A stretch of DNA of 56,660 nt, filler included, from Sphacelaria rigidula (taxonomy: Eukaryota), in NCBI GenBank assembly GCA_964200075.2. It is 7 parts of 7 records of this genome, joined end to end, with 100 filler letters (N's around TTAATTAATTAA, not from the genome) between each part and the next. Parts side by side here need not be neighbours in the genome. Positions count along the whole stretch, not along the records: positions 1 to 8,009 come from CAXNAA020012660.1; positions 8,110 to 16,118 come from CAXNAA020012661.1; 5 more parts are not named here. One strand, given 5' to 3'. Made by a program: the position numbers and the translations under genes. Below the pieces are notes generated by a model that saw only the letters and a list, made by a program, of their open reading frames with translations, did no database searches and was not told the origin of the DNA. How positions within the stretch are numbered: position 1 is the first letter of the stretch; each line of letters begins with the position of its first letter. Of the stretch, positions 1 through 11,997 are shown one piece after another.

Positions 1-756
1 TCATCTGTGGTATCGCCACTTCCAGAGACAGCCACAGCTTTTACACTGCCTCATGGGTGTCTAACCAGTAGCCGTAGATGATGGGGGAGAGGTTGGAAGC
101 TTGTAGCTCGTAGCTTGCCGGGTAAGAGGCCAAAGACTACAATGCCCTGTGTCCAGAGGCTGGAGTAGCCTACTCCTGTGTCATGTAACATGAGTGTAGT
201 GATATCTGCTGTTTCCGTACGTGGGTTAGGGTGTAGGTGTGCAGGTTGTGGCCTTCAAACTTCACACTTTTGGGACGACGAACTCGGCCAGAGCAAGGAG
301 GGGGTTTCAGAGTGGACGAATAATAATAATAATAAATAATTATAACGAGGTATTGTATTTCGAGGGAGATCACCTTGGTCTTCCCGACATCAGTCAAGAG
401 AACATCCACCGCGCGGCCGTAACCCTGGAGGTGCCCGCCTACATCCCATCTGCGGAACGGCGCGATAACGGCAAATATAGGATATCATGAAACGGCAGCG
501 ACGGAGGGGGCTTGGGTCATGAGCACTCTCGAATGGAACAGGCATTATATGCCGAATGGGGGGTACCATACACACGACCGACTAGAAAGAACTGCTTCGT
601 ACTATAATAGTCGGATACGTCAAGACTAGCGATTTCCGATTTCTTGACTACAACTGCAAAATGCTGCGTAACAACTGTTGGACAAACCGTAGATAGAAAG
701 ATCGATGTTATCGAACTACAGTACTCGAGACAGGTCAGCCAGACGCCTCATTATTC

Positions 757-2839
757 CAGGGGTCTATACGTTACACGTTACACGTCCACGTTACGTTCAT
801 CACGTGAAAACGTTTTAGCGTTCACGTTGTGTTACGTACGTCACGTTAAATTAAATTTAACCTTACGTTAACGTTCCATATGAATTTTTAACGTTACATT
901 CACGTTACGTTCATGACGTAAAAACAATTTAACGTTACGTTTCGTTACATGTAACGTAATATAAAACGTTTCAACGTCACGTGTAATGTATAATATAACG
1001 TTAAGTTGACACGTGTAATGCTCGAATGTAACGCGTTCATTCTGTGCATGTCGCGGGTCATTCACCAGTGTTGAAGGCGTTGTAACGTGTCGTGTAACGC
1101 GTGATGTTACCGTGTACGTGACGCTGACGGAGACCCGTCGGCTACTCCTCATGTATAAAAAAAACTCTGTCAAAAACCGCGGTTTCCGATAAATGGCTAA
1201 AAACCTACTTCTTATGCGATCAGAAAACGGGTTTGAAATCCCGCCGCACGCCAACACACCCTCCAGCCCACGACAGCAGCCATGGTGGCTTGGCTGTCAT
1301 CACCACTGCTGCCGATGGTACTCGCGGGCAGTCAGCGTGTGCTTCACCATCCTTCGCCTCGCCAGTATCATGGTGGCCCTTTACCCCATAAGAACAGCAC
1401 AGGGCAGGGTCGATGACGAGTGCTGTACAAACACTCTGTAGTTCGCACAGACAGTATCGTAGCTCGCAGTTTAGGTCTGTGCATACAGCGTGTTGCGAGC
1501 AGCGCTCGCAATGCAGTACATATTGCCCACGCACCCAAGACTTGTAGAGACAGGACCGCACTAACTGTACACACAAGACCACAGTATAAGCAGTACTACG
1601 GGTGTAGTATCTACAAGGCTTGGCTGCTGGGGCAGTCTGTACTGCATCGCGAGTGCTGTTTGCAACACGCTGCATGCACAGACCTGAACTGAGCTACAAT
1701 ACTGTGCAAACTACATACAGCGTGCCTGTACAGCACTCGTCATCGACCCTACCCTGTTCGGTTCTCATGGGGGTAAGGGCCATCACGCTACTGGTGAGCG
1801 AAGGGCAATAAAGCAACACGCTGACTGCCCGCGACCACCAGCGACAGCATTGGTGATTGCAGCCAAGCCATCACTACAGCCAATGCATACAATACAGCAC
1901 TGTTGTGTGTACTGTTGTCCGTGCTGTCCTTTCAGTCAAGTACTACCGTGCAGTGAAAAACCACAACCGCCACTTCTACAGTCAGTTAGTACAGCAAGGC
2001 GGTGTTCGTATTGATCGTCTTGCGTCACGCAGCCCACCATGTATTGCTCAGGCAACGTATCACAGTAGTACAGACAGTCAATACGGACCGTACACCACGA
2101 CACGACAGCAGAGTTTTGCGTCCCTCTCACGCACCCCAGAATTTAATATCATGCCCGCACACCTCGTAGGAAACGATGAACACTGCGTTTCCAATTTTGA
2201 CAGTGCGTCGATCACGTAAGAAGGGCTACTTTGAAAAATTATGTGGAAAATCGCGCTGTTGAAAAACGTCCTTTCTGACAACGTGTTTTTTGTACATGAA
2301 GGTAGCCTTGAATGTGGTTGAGATGATTATGATGTTATGATGAAGTCCTGCAACGATAACTTGGGAGGTGAGGTGTGGTGGGGATAGCGCGAAGTTGTAC
2401 CATACCTATACCATGGTCATTCAAACTCACTCATGTTTTTTGAAGCGCGCAATCTTCTAGGATTTTGGAATTCATTGCAAACTTGAATTTTCTCCACTTC
2501 ATGTGACGTGTTCATGATGTGTCATGTGAAGTGTAATGAAACGTGTAACGTTACGTCTAACGTCTAACGTCAGATGCGCGTGTAACGTGTAATAGACGTT
2601 ACACGTCACATGAAACGTTCATACTATTTGAACGTTTGGGCAATTCAACGTTCATGTTACGTGATATATGTCACGTTAAACATTTTTAACGTTACGTCAA
2701 CGTTCTATTTACAACTCTAACGTTACGTTCAAGTTACGTTCATCACGTAAAACATATTCACGTTCACGTTACGTTTCGGCCGAAACGTAACGTGAGCGTA
2801 TCGTGTAACGCTTTGGCGTGTGTAACTTGTAGACCCCTG
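757..2839. mobile_element. Non-autonomous hAT-like DNA transposon (~2.08 kb) with ACGT-rich subterminal repeats
   Basis: TIRs CAGGGGTCTATACGTTACAC (757) and GTGTAACTTGTAGACCCCTG (ends 2839). Flanks CATTATTC / ATTATTTC look like a degenerate 8-bp TSD. Dense AACGTT/CACGTTAC motifs at 770-1120 and 2500-2830. Weak hAT dimerisation-like remnant at ~2110-2310 (…IMPAH…NVFFVHE). Confidence 0.75.
1283..1872. repeat. Long imperfect inverted repeat (foldback), ~265-bp arms, ~60-bp spacer
   Basis: Arm ~1283-1549 is the reverse complement of arm ~1609-1872 (e.g. AGGGTCGATGACGAGTGCTGTACA vs TGTACAGCACTCGTCATCGACCCT). Confidence 0.9.
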
Positions 2840-3670
2840 ATTATTTCAAGTTGTGTCAAAGAAGAAAAAATGGAAACAGAAAAGACCGACGACAACCACT
2901 TTTATTGTGGAAGACCAACGAAGACTCCAGAGGCATACGTCATGGATGTACCGAAAATGAAACCCCGGAGCGGCCGGGTTGGGTTTGTCCAATGATATCA
3001 CGCGACGGACGAAGTGTGTTCAATTATATGCATCGACGAAAGTATCGCAAAACAGTACAAACTCCCATATATGTGATTTTTATCAGTGGGAATCTGTGAA
3101 ACACGTCAATAATTCGAGTTCGGTGCTGGAATATGTCACTGTAGTATACTTGAACTTAGAGTGGTGCACTACTATACTTGAGATTAGAGTGTTTCATCAC
3201 TTCGGTGGGCTGCATCAAGGGTTGACGAGCGTAGGAAGCCACACTCTACGGCGACAATGATATGGCGGAGCAAGTGGAAATCCCGTCGCCACATGTGGAA
3301 GCGCTGAAGACTGATCCATATGCAATTCACGTTCAGCTGGAAAACGTGGCTGAGAAGTACGGCCAGGACGCTGCCAGGCGTTTCGGTGAAAAATCTGCGA
3401 GAGCGGTTGGGGCAGCCCATTGCCCCCCGGCGCACACCGCCCCCCCGCTCGCTGACTGAACGTTAGCACAGTAGTAGTCGTAGTAAGAGAAAACGCTGCG
3501 AGGCACACAGGACTATGTGAAAGACATGAGGCGGACGTGATTGCCAGCGTCCAGACAGGCGACATACTGGCAAACGGTCGACAACCGACCGGGACAGCCT
3601 TTCGCAACCAGCCTAACCCAACTATAACTACAGCCAGTAAACGTACTTCACACTTCACTACAGTGCAGCG

Positions 3671-4278
3671 TTGTGTGTTGTGTTGTCGTCCCATCTATTC
3701 TGGACGCCAGTCCACACCTTCCTGTGTATGTGGGAGCAGCAGCCGGGGTCACACAGAAGGAAGGTCAATACAGGAGCTTTCTCCTTTTCATTTGTTTTCT
3801 GTACCCCACCTTTCTTCTGCGGTGTTTACCTATATTTTCTATCGCGAGAGGGGTTCAGCAGTCCCTTTCCCTTGTCGACCGTTACGTCGAATGCTGTGCT
3901 TTCCACTGTTGGACATGGTGTGAGAAAAATCCACGGTTAGGACGAATCATCACGATAACGAATCACCAAATCCACGATTTCTTCGGCCTGATTGCCCAAC
4001 AGGGAGGAAAAAGTTGATCGCTGCTCCAAGGGGTATCCACGCAACGTTTGCACCATTCCACGTGTCTGGGCTGCGTGTACCTGGATCGCAACGCTGAAAA
4101 CAAAGCCGAGGGATTTATTCGTACGAGTCGAATCAATTATATGAAAACCAAGTAATTTCCAGACGAGTCATTATTTGTCCGACCCTTGGAAAAAGCCCAG
4201 ATCGCTCCGAGAATTGAACCCACGACCCAACCGTCAGAAGGTTTCGAGTTTACCAACTGAGCCACCGGGGCGACCGGC
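3671..4278 (-). mobile_element. tRNA-derived SINE, split by a MITE insertion
   Basis: Minus-strand head GCCGGTCGCCCCGGTGGCTCAGTTGG (A box) ... GGTTCAATTC (B box), conserved body and ACAAC/AC tail. Same family as 9537-9897 and 56221-56586. Confidence 0.85.
3932..4188. mobile_element. 257-bp MITE with CAAGG-type termini and 8-bp TSD (P-element- or hAT-like), inserted in the SINE
   Basis: Left CACGGTTAGGACGAATCATCAC vs right reverse complement CAAGGGTCGGACAAATAATGAC. TSD GAAAAATC (3924-3931) / GAAAAAGC (4189-4196). Removing it restores a colinear SINE. Confidence 0.7.
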
Positions 4279-5194
4279 TCGCAGTATAGCTGAATAACGA
4301 TGTCACGGTGTTCCATGCAAGAAGACACAAGGTGTGTAGCATCATTGCATGAAACCCCGACGCCGCCCACGAGGACAGACGGTCCGAGCGCGATAGCGCA
4401 AGCCGGAGTAATGCATCTCACGCAGCACGAAGTGGGGCTCTGCAACGTTCAGGCATGATCAACCCGCATGATGGAGATCATGTCGTGGAAACGTACAGCA
4501 CGAAGCTCAGGATGAGAGATGCGGCAAGATCACAGCCTACGAAGTCATAACCTGTACTGGATATGCCAAAGTAACGCCCCCCCTTACGCTGCACAAGGAG
4601 TATGAATAACGGCGGGGTACATGGCATCCTCGTCGTCGTTATGGAATGATCAAAGTGCAGTGTGGTGCAGTATAAACGCGGGTGACGGAGTACAGTAACG
4701 TGCATGACGTGAATTTACACTTGAAAAAATCTGAAAATACCATGATCACACGTAGTACAGAGGAGTAGGTGAACACATCCCCACAGGGCCTGACGGTGAC
4801 TGTCTCCCAATACAGACAGTAGGAGCATATCTGGGATGAATGTGCCGTCGGCGTCGCCTTTGTGATTGCAACTTGGGCATGGGCTTGCCATGATGCTGCA
4901 CGATGCATCTACTTCAGGTGCGGCGTAAAGATTGCTTCACGAAAGGTCAGCCATGCACCCTGGCGGGGTTAGAAAACACCGAGGGGTGGAACAATTCGTC
5001 ATACACGTAGAATAGAGAACCATATTTTCTTTCACGTTCCATTCGCACGGGTCTGAAAAAAACGCTTCGGGCGAATCGCTTCCTCCAAGGCTGTAGAAAA
5101 TCAACCAGTTCTTGCTCGAGAAAACGTCAAGCGTAAATCGTCAATTTTCCATCAACGGTTCCAAAAGAGTTAATGGCTATTAAAAAGCTTCATG

Positions 5195-5615
5195 GGAACC
5201 GTAGGTGAAGACCGTACCAAGCGTACTCCCGGTATTTATCGGGATATCTCATACCGTGGTATGGGTGGGTATCGTAGGTATAAGTTTTGGAAATACCAGA
5301 CCGAGCGGGTACAGCACGTATTGAAATCTCGAAATACCGTGGTATAGTAGGTATCGTAGGTATGAGGTTTGAAAATACCTGATTGAGCAGGTACGCTAGG
5401 TACTGGTACCTCGAAATATCGTGGTGTCGTAGGTATCGTAGGTATCGTAGGTATGAGTTTTGAAAATATTGGGTGGATACGGTAGGTATTGGTACCTCGA
5501 AGTACCGTCGTATTGTAGGGATCGTAGGCGAAACATTTGAAAGTACCCGATTGAACCGGTATCGGTAGGGTATGAAATGCTCCAGATACCAGTACCGGGT
5601 ACCTGCCTTGCCCTT
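5195..5615. repeat. Four ~78-bp tandem subterminal repeats of a DNA transposon end
   Basis: Unit approx. GAAATACCGTGGTAT..TAGGTATCGTAGGTATGAG.TTTGAAAATACC.GATTGAGC.GGTAC, ending GGTACCTGCCTTGCCC. A second partial copy lies at ~7780-7940. Confidence 0.75.
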
Positions 5616-5617
5616 TA

Positions 5618-6812
5618 CGAGCTGGGCCAGCCTAAAAACGGATCCAAGCTCTCAAAGCAATATCTCAACGACATAGACGAGTTGGGCCGTGATCCGCATA
5701 TAACAACATATTCGTGAGATTCAGAGCGTAATATCGGATTCAGAGTGGATGCTCTAGTGTTCCTGACAGGCAACGTTGTTTTTTTTTGCTTGAGCACACG
5801 TTCTGTGCATGCAGCTACCGTACAGTATCCCATTCGAGCAATTCGGCGGTCTGGTTGGTGAGATACCGCACAAAGCATTTTTACGTTTGGGGGGGGGGCA
5901 TTTCGGCCTGAAACTGTTTCAGGCACTAATCGGTTTTCCCTGAAAAAGGGGATCTTTTGTTGCAATGGACTGACTACGTCGTTACGATCAAGTGATGTGT
6001 CAAATTGATCTTGTAGGTGACAGCTTTCATTGACGCCACCGCTTCACCAGCTGGGCGCATTACTCCTCGAACTGTGGCGATGTCGAAATCGACGGGAAAG
6101 TCCATTGTTTCGGGTCTCACTCTGAATCCAATGTTACACTCTGAATATCACGCATATAGTGTTGGATATAGATACACACTGCCGTAGTTGGTCATGATAT
6201 ATGTCTTGTTAGTGGAAGTTTAAATTTGAGCATGTTCTTCCATGGCTGCGGAATCGCGCGGTGCCAGAATCACTGGGGGTCGGGTGCGGGCAATAACCGG
6301 CGGCTTGGTGCATACACACTCACGGACAACGCAGGCAGACAAAGCTGCGCACACTGTTCAAGTCCTTCTCACGTCGCACTGTAAGCTGAAAATATACATA
6401 TAGTCCTGCGCTGTCTGTACTGTACTTTGTCCGCTTCCCTTTCACGTTCTACTGACTGCAGTTGTGCGCATGCTGCAAGAACGCGCGTCGTGATGTATAC
6501 TGCAGTAGCTAACGGTATATTACACCCCCCATGCACCCAAAGTTACAGGCATCCACTTTGGACAATCAACAGGGCAAAAAAAATCGTGTTCCGGGTCCCA
6601 GAGTTCATTTTTTTCATAAGTTGAGGGCAATGATCAGTTTTGAGGTTTCAGTAAAATACCCTCGGATCACAAAATATAGACTTGGAGACCCGGCACAAAA
6701 GAAATTCAATGCCCTGTTCATTGTCCACACCATTTTTCACTGTTCAACCCTATATAGAGAATTGCGAATTCGCCTGCAAACTACAAATCCTCTTCTGGGC
6801 TGGCCCAGCTCG
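5618..6812. mobile_element. Tc1/mariner-type non-autonomous element (TA TSD)
   Basis: TA|CGAGCTGGGCCAGCC at 5616 and GGCTGGCCCAGCTCG|TA ending 6814. Internal inverted segment ~5700-5750 / ~6115-6165. Same left end recurs at 25353. Confidence 0.75.
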
Positions 6813-7154
6813 TATACCGACTTCAAAAATGGCACCCGGCAGTGCGAAGAAGGGTTTCAGAGCGTGATTCGGCATTTTTTATTCCGATCGAAAAAATGTG
6901 GCGGTGGGATGAATTTGAGCGAAAATCGCTCATCTTCGTCTAGTTGGGTCCACGCGAATTTCAACCTTCCGATCCAAAAGAGACAGTGAAATTCGTGAAA
7001 CGGTACATGGTCACCCGCGTACAGTACAGGCAGTCTGTACTGTCTGCACTGCTCGCAAGCAATTTGTCTCGAGTGCGGGTTTGCGTGTTTCGTACAGTAG
7101 GATTTTAAAGAGAAGCGGGCAATGTGCAGTGCAGACAGCCCAGGACTAACAATT

Positions 7155-7290
7155 CTCGCTGCTTACAATGCGACGTCAAGAAGACTTCAACAGCGTGCGC
7201 TGTACTGCCTGCACTGGGCATGAGGGTGTACGCAACTCGATTGCCAACCCTACCACGCAATTCCGTCGCTGACTCTACCATGAAAGAAGA
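7155..7290 (+). pseudogene. Remnant of a piggyBac transposase C-terminal Cys-rich zinc-ribbon
   Basis: RCLQCDVKKTSTAC ... then, after frameshifts, LYHE; resembles the CxxC...C...C..YH pattern. Judged by eye. Confidence 0.35.
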
Positions 7291-7940
7291 TGCGCAAGTT
7301 TTCGCCAACAAAATATAAACAAAGCATACCTAACTACTGCAGTGTACCTATCCCTGTGCTCAACTCCTACTCGATGCTGCAGGGTTGCGGTGGTAGCTGA
7401 CAATGAGTTGGATGGAGTTAGCGTAGCTCTGTGAACGGATGCTATCTTGTATGGTGATTTGTAAGATAGAAATCCAGTGCCGCTTCGTGCCTTTCGATCA
7501 CAAGTTGTTGATCGAAAAAGCATAGCTTAATTATTTCGTAGTTTCTCTCCGCGCGCCACTGTGTATAAATGTGAGTTGAAGCCTTGTAAGAAGAGAAATG
7601 CGATGAGGCTATCAGATCGAGAAAAAACATCGACCGCACTTCAGACTTCATAATAATGAGCTCATTCGAACTGATTTAATCACGAAAATCACGAAAATCA
7701 GGGGGGATCTGGGTATATATTACCTGTGAAAACGAGACGTACATTCTCCGACAACTTCTGGCCTATGCGTAGGTTGGGACCAGCTGCTGTACCGTGGAGA
7801 ATGCATCGCGTCCGGTATTTACCGGGTATACCCCCGGTATTTACCGGGATATTCCATACCGTGGTGTGCGTGGGTATCGTAGGTATGAGTTTCGAAAATA
7901 CCCGATTGAGCGGGTGCGGTAGATATTGAAATCTCGAAAT

Positions 7941-8009
7941 AACAGCCAATCATCTATATTGAGGATGGTGCTATTGATTGAGGATGAGAACCCGGAGGAT
8001 TAAAATCTT
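7941..8009. mobile_element. Terminal part of a palindromic MITE at the contig end (sister family of 48690-49035)
   Basis: AACAGCCAATCATCTAT.TTGAGGATGG...GAGAACCCGGAGGATTAAAATCTT, near-identical to 56591-56660. Confidence 0.7.
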
Positions 8010-8109
8010 NNNNNNNNNNNNNNNNNNNNNNNNNNNNNNNNNNNNNNNNNNNNTTAATTAATTAANNNNNNNNNNNNNNNNNNNNNNNNNNNNNNNNNNN
8101 NNNNNNNNN
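8010..8109. other. Artificial contig linker N44-TTAATTAATTAA-N44
   Basis: Identical 100-bp spacer with stops in all six frames, recurring every ~8.1 kb. Confidence 0.98.
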
Positions 8110-8179
8110 GGGAATCGAACCCCCAAACTCAACCATCAGATGGTTACGAGGTTACCAACTGAGCCACCGGGGCGACCGG
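8110..8179 (-). mobile_element. tRNA-derived SINE head fragment
   Basis: Reverse complement of CCGGTCGCCCCGGTGGCTCAGTTGGTAACC...GGTTCGATTCC, cut by the contig start. Confidence 0.8.
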
Positions 8180-8579
8180 TACTATCCAGAAGAAATGCAA
8201 CCTAAATGAGCCAATCAGTATCGATCACAAGTACACGCGTCATTCAAAGTGACGACGACGCTCATACAAAATGTACTATTACTTTGGTACATTCTACAAC
8301 AAACCTGTGACTGACGTTGCTGTACAACTGTGTACGAGATTAGGCCAACAGGGAGATAGACGCTGCTGCTCGTGGTGTTGTTGTGCCCCCCTTGTTGCAG
8401 TATGTTGTTGTGCCCATCTTGCAACGCAGTTTTCTTGGCAACGAAGCAGAGGGTTGGACTGCGGTTTGATGCGTGCGCTTCTCACACACCAGAACTCGTC
8501 AGTGTGGCGGTGGAATTTCGTGACGAGTGCCGCAGAGGCCGAAGCACTTTGCAAGCCGCTGCACCAAACACAAAATGTA

Positions 8580-8770
8580 CTTGAAAACGCGTTTCCTTCA
8601 ACGTTCTGGGGGCTTTTCAGATCCGCTGTGGCGAAATGAGCAAGTCCACTGAACGGGTTTTTTGTGTGTGCGGGGGAGCTGTGAAGTGCCACAGGCCGGT
8701 TTGCTCCCTGTCTCGAGAAGGACGCGGAAAAAACTAAAGCTGTCGCACACTAAACCTGGGTGTCTTGGGA
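8580..8770 (+). pseudogene. hAT transposase C-terminal dimerisation-domain remnant in SUMT intron 2
   Basis: ENAFPSTFWGLFR ... STERVFCVCGE across a frameshift and stop; resembles the hAT FP.L...S..ERxFS.G motif. Confidence 0.4.
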
Positions 8771-9044
8771 TGGAGTGTGTGTTCTGTTTGACAGCGGTTC
8801 GGCCCAGGTCCGACCGGTCTATGACCTCTTCATGATCCCTCGGCGTTTTTTTTTTTTTTTTCCTCAATGTTTTTTTTTCTTGGGCCCCCATTTACTGGTA
8901 TAACTTTATTGAGCGCCCGGGACAATCATGCAGCTGCAAGCACTACATGCCATTCACACAAAAAATCGCTCGCTGCGCTACAGTTCTCTTGGTCAGAGGA
9001 GCACCTTCGACCAGAAACCAAATCCCTCAACTGTGGTGCATCAC

Positions 9045-9320
9045 CTGCGTCGCAACCCCTCGGTGAGTCACAGGCACGCCCCCCAGTAGCGGCGCGGAAA
9101 ACACCGATGAAATTCCGGGCACAACCTTAGGCTCCACCCCAAGACGGCGCATTTCCAGCACCTCCTCTGCACCACGGCCGAAGATAAAAGGATCGCCGAT
9201 TTTTAGCCGAACAACATGTTTACCCCCTGACAATCCCTCGCGCATCCAGCGATATATCTCTAGCTGGGCTTGTTCTGCGCAGCCTGGATATTTCCGGGCA
9301 ACGCGGAGCTCTCCTTTCAC
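9045..9320 (-). CDS. UPM1: Uroporphyrinogen-III C-methyltransferase (SUMT), exon 2; later exons lie off-contig
   Basis: AG acceptor and GTGATG donor, 276 nt, phase 0. Encodes VVRLKIGDPFIFGRGAEE...VVPGISS...GVPVTHRG, the SUMT/CobA signature. Confidence 0.93.
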
Positions 9321-9536
9321 CTTTATTGGGTACGAGATATATATAGAGGCGAGTAGTAGGGCAGCGAGCGACACGACGTCTGCACCTTTAGAACATGAGG
9401 TGGAAGCGCGGGGGGGACTTCTTTTCGAGAGCATTTCTGCAAGAATATCAACTTGGGGAGGGACGCAATTAGCATGCATGGGCTCGGACGGACTAAGTCT
9501 GTCATAGCGGTCACAGGGTTTACATTTAATCGCCGT

Positions 9537-9897
9537 GCCGGTCGCCCCGGTGGCTCAGTTGGTAACCTCTCTAAACCTTATGACGGTTGGGTGATGGCTT
9601 CGAACCTCGGTGCTGTCACGGTCTGGGATTTTTTCTCACACAGTGCTCAACCGTAGGAGCGACCATATCGTGGGTGCACTACATTCGGCTTCACGGTCGA
9701 CGACGGAAAGGGACTGCTGAACCCCTTTCGAGATAAAAAAAAGAAGGCAATCGCCGCAGAAGGAAGGTGGGGGTACTGAAACAAACAAAAAAAGTCATGT
9801 GTCGGCCTTCCTCTTGTTTGACCCCGGCTGATGCGCCCACAAACACCGGAAGGTGTAGACTGGCGTCCAGAATAAAAGGGATGACGATAACACACAT
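9537..9897 (+). mobile_element. Full-length tRNA-derived SINE in SUMT intron 1
   Basis: GCCGGTCGCCCCGGTGGCTCAGTTGG head, degenerate B box GCTTCGAACC, family body and AC-rich tail. Confidence 0.85.
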
Positions 9898-11517
9898 ATT
9901 CGTGTATTTGTGCCACTAGCATATTCCGTCCTTGTGTCCCTGCACACATAAATTGCAAAAAAATGAAGAGGTGATGTCCGTGACACTCGATGGTCTCGCT
10001 CTCTGCACAGCCGAGAAAATCGTCATTATCTGGCCATACGACGACATCAAGACTCTACCGCGCTGAACCCATCAATGTTTTCGTATTACAAAACAACTGG
10101 ACACAGATTTGCAAGCTATGCTCTTCTATGGTCCAGGATTGTGCGCGTGATATGCACCAGAAACATTCATCGACTTTCATTCGATATGACAACATGACAC
10201 CTTGTGATATACAGAGTGTATTATATGACGATATTGGATCAGACTTTTCTCTGGCAAAAGAATGATGAAAATAATAACTAGTGCCGCGGCTTCTTGTCTC
10301 GAAGAGAGACAGTGGCTTCTCGTGTACGGGTCAAAATATATAGCACAAACACTAACTTCAAGTAATCTATTCTAATCCTACTACAGTATATAGCACAAAC
10401 TTGATTTTTAGTATGCAGTCCATCACACACGCCTTTGCTGTACTTTTGGGACCTGCAGCCGTAGTACATTACAGCGGTGCGGCGGGATGATACCCACGAC
10501 AAGAGCGGCCTCACAAGCGGCGTTCAGTATAATGGTATGCGGGTTGATGTACCCAACACTCGCTTTGAGCGTCGCGGTGCCCGCCGTGCGGTTGTGGTGT
10601 GCGACCCCGTGTGTTAGAACATCGTTCTTTTGAAGGTACAACTGTACACGGTTTGCTTCATGACTTGGTGCTTGTGAAGAAATGATCGATTTTTGAGCGT
10701 GCAACCCCCCGAAAAGGTCAACACCGAAACGCGTAAAATGCATTTCGGAGGAAATTGGTCCCACCGAGAGAGGTCAAAATGTGCGGCGGGATATGTCGGA
10801 ACGATGAGATTCATTGTTGGTCCTCTATATATAATTCAAAACAGCAGTTGATACAGCTGCTGCAGCTGCAGCACTACAGGTGCTCACTGCATGGTGAGGC
10901 CCTCGAACGACACGTTCCGGTAGGTTTGCTACGTGAAAATGCCGAAGGTCGCACGCGGCACTGTCGAGACGTTGCGAATCTGATCCGTATACCCATGGTC
11001 GTAGTACCTGCACTCCAGTACTGAACAGAGTTTGGACTTCTACCCTTGCTGATACAAACACACGGTGGCTTCGTCTGCTTACGTCACCAGGTTAAAACGC
11101 TGCTTGGCTACGCTAATCCAGGGTCTTCAGACACAAGAGGTGGGGAAAGTTGCCTGCGGACCGTTCACACACCGTATACGGTGGATACCAGGGGATGCAC
11201 CCCACGGAAACACTGAACAGCTGTGCAAACGTAATGTATCCTCCGTGTTTCGCCCACGGTGAATCCTTAACATGCATCCTCCCCGATGAGCCTCGAGAAG
11301 GAGAATAAAAAACGCGGTCTCAACACCAAACCCGCGCACAGCTTGTATCCTGCCTGAGCTAACCCTACGAAGCCACCGTTCTTCGCGGATGAACGGTATT
11401 ATCCAAAAGCTGGCAATACTACACCAGTACAGCAGACGACCTAGTAAACCGTTACGCTCGACAGCGTCACACAGACGGCTGAGCGTGCGACACGACAAAC
11501 ACCGATTCACAACTCAC

Positions 11518-11997
11518 CAGTCCAAGTATCTCCTTCGATACAAGTCTATCCGCGATAACCAAGTCAGCAGACTGAAGCTCGCGCAAGCCCGAAACGGTCA
11601 ACAGATCAGGGTCACCTGGACCGGAGCCGACGAGCGATACCGTCCCGACATGTGTTCCAGGGGTTGGATTCCAGCCGTCGAAGTGATCCACCTCTACGTT
11701 TGCGTCTACTGCTCCCGCGAGTGATGTTCTCGAGACACGACGACGTACGCTCACGTCGTTCGCCACCGCTTCCAACGATCTCTGCTGTTGTCGGCGTTGC
11801 TTTCGATGGTCGGTGGGTGCGAGAGTCCGGGATATTCTTGTTGATGCTGCGGCGAGTTTGGCATTCAAGGCGTTGTTGTTCCTTGTGGCACCGGTGTACG
11901 GTTGAGTAACGAACGCTACGCAATTGCCTGCTGCTAGCAGAGCGACGATCGCACCCAGGGCGGACGACGGTCGGCGACATCGACGTGTTTCTTCCAT
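11518..11997 (-). CDS. UPM1: SUMT exon 1 with bipartite plastid-targeting presequence
   Basis: ATG at 11997, hydrophobic signal then CVA-FV (ASAFAP-like). Contains [16 protein letters not shown]...[16 protein letters not shown] donor after 480 nt, phase 0, joins exon 2 in frame. Confidence 0.93.

Larger units (their letters stand above)
2950..5169 (+). mobile_element. Decayed piggyBac-type non-autonomous element (left end uncertain), interrupted by a SINE and a MITE
   Basis: Ends in ...TTTTCCATCAACGGTTCCAAAAGAG|TTAA (TTAA at 5170-5173). Segments ~3040-3215 and ~5120-5173 match the reverse complement of ~13130-13370. A similar end lies at ~27715-27852. Confidence 0.45.

Noticed and set aside
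5250-5600. CRISPR-like repeat array
   Set aside because: Whole ~78-bp units are degenerate tandem copies with no unique spacers; no cas genes; eukaryotic context.
8054-8065. TTAATTAATTAA recurring at ~8.1-kb period
   Set aside because: Assembly linker, not biology.
9537-9615. tRNA genes at SINE heads (also ~4200-4278, 8110-8179, ~56510-56586)
   Set aside because: No intact cloverleaf or acceptor stem; each continues into the SINE body.
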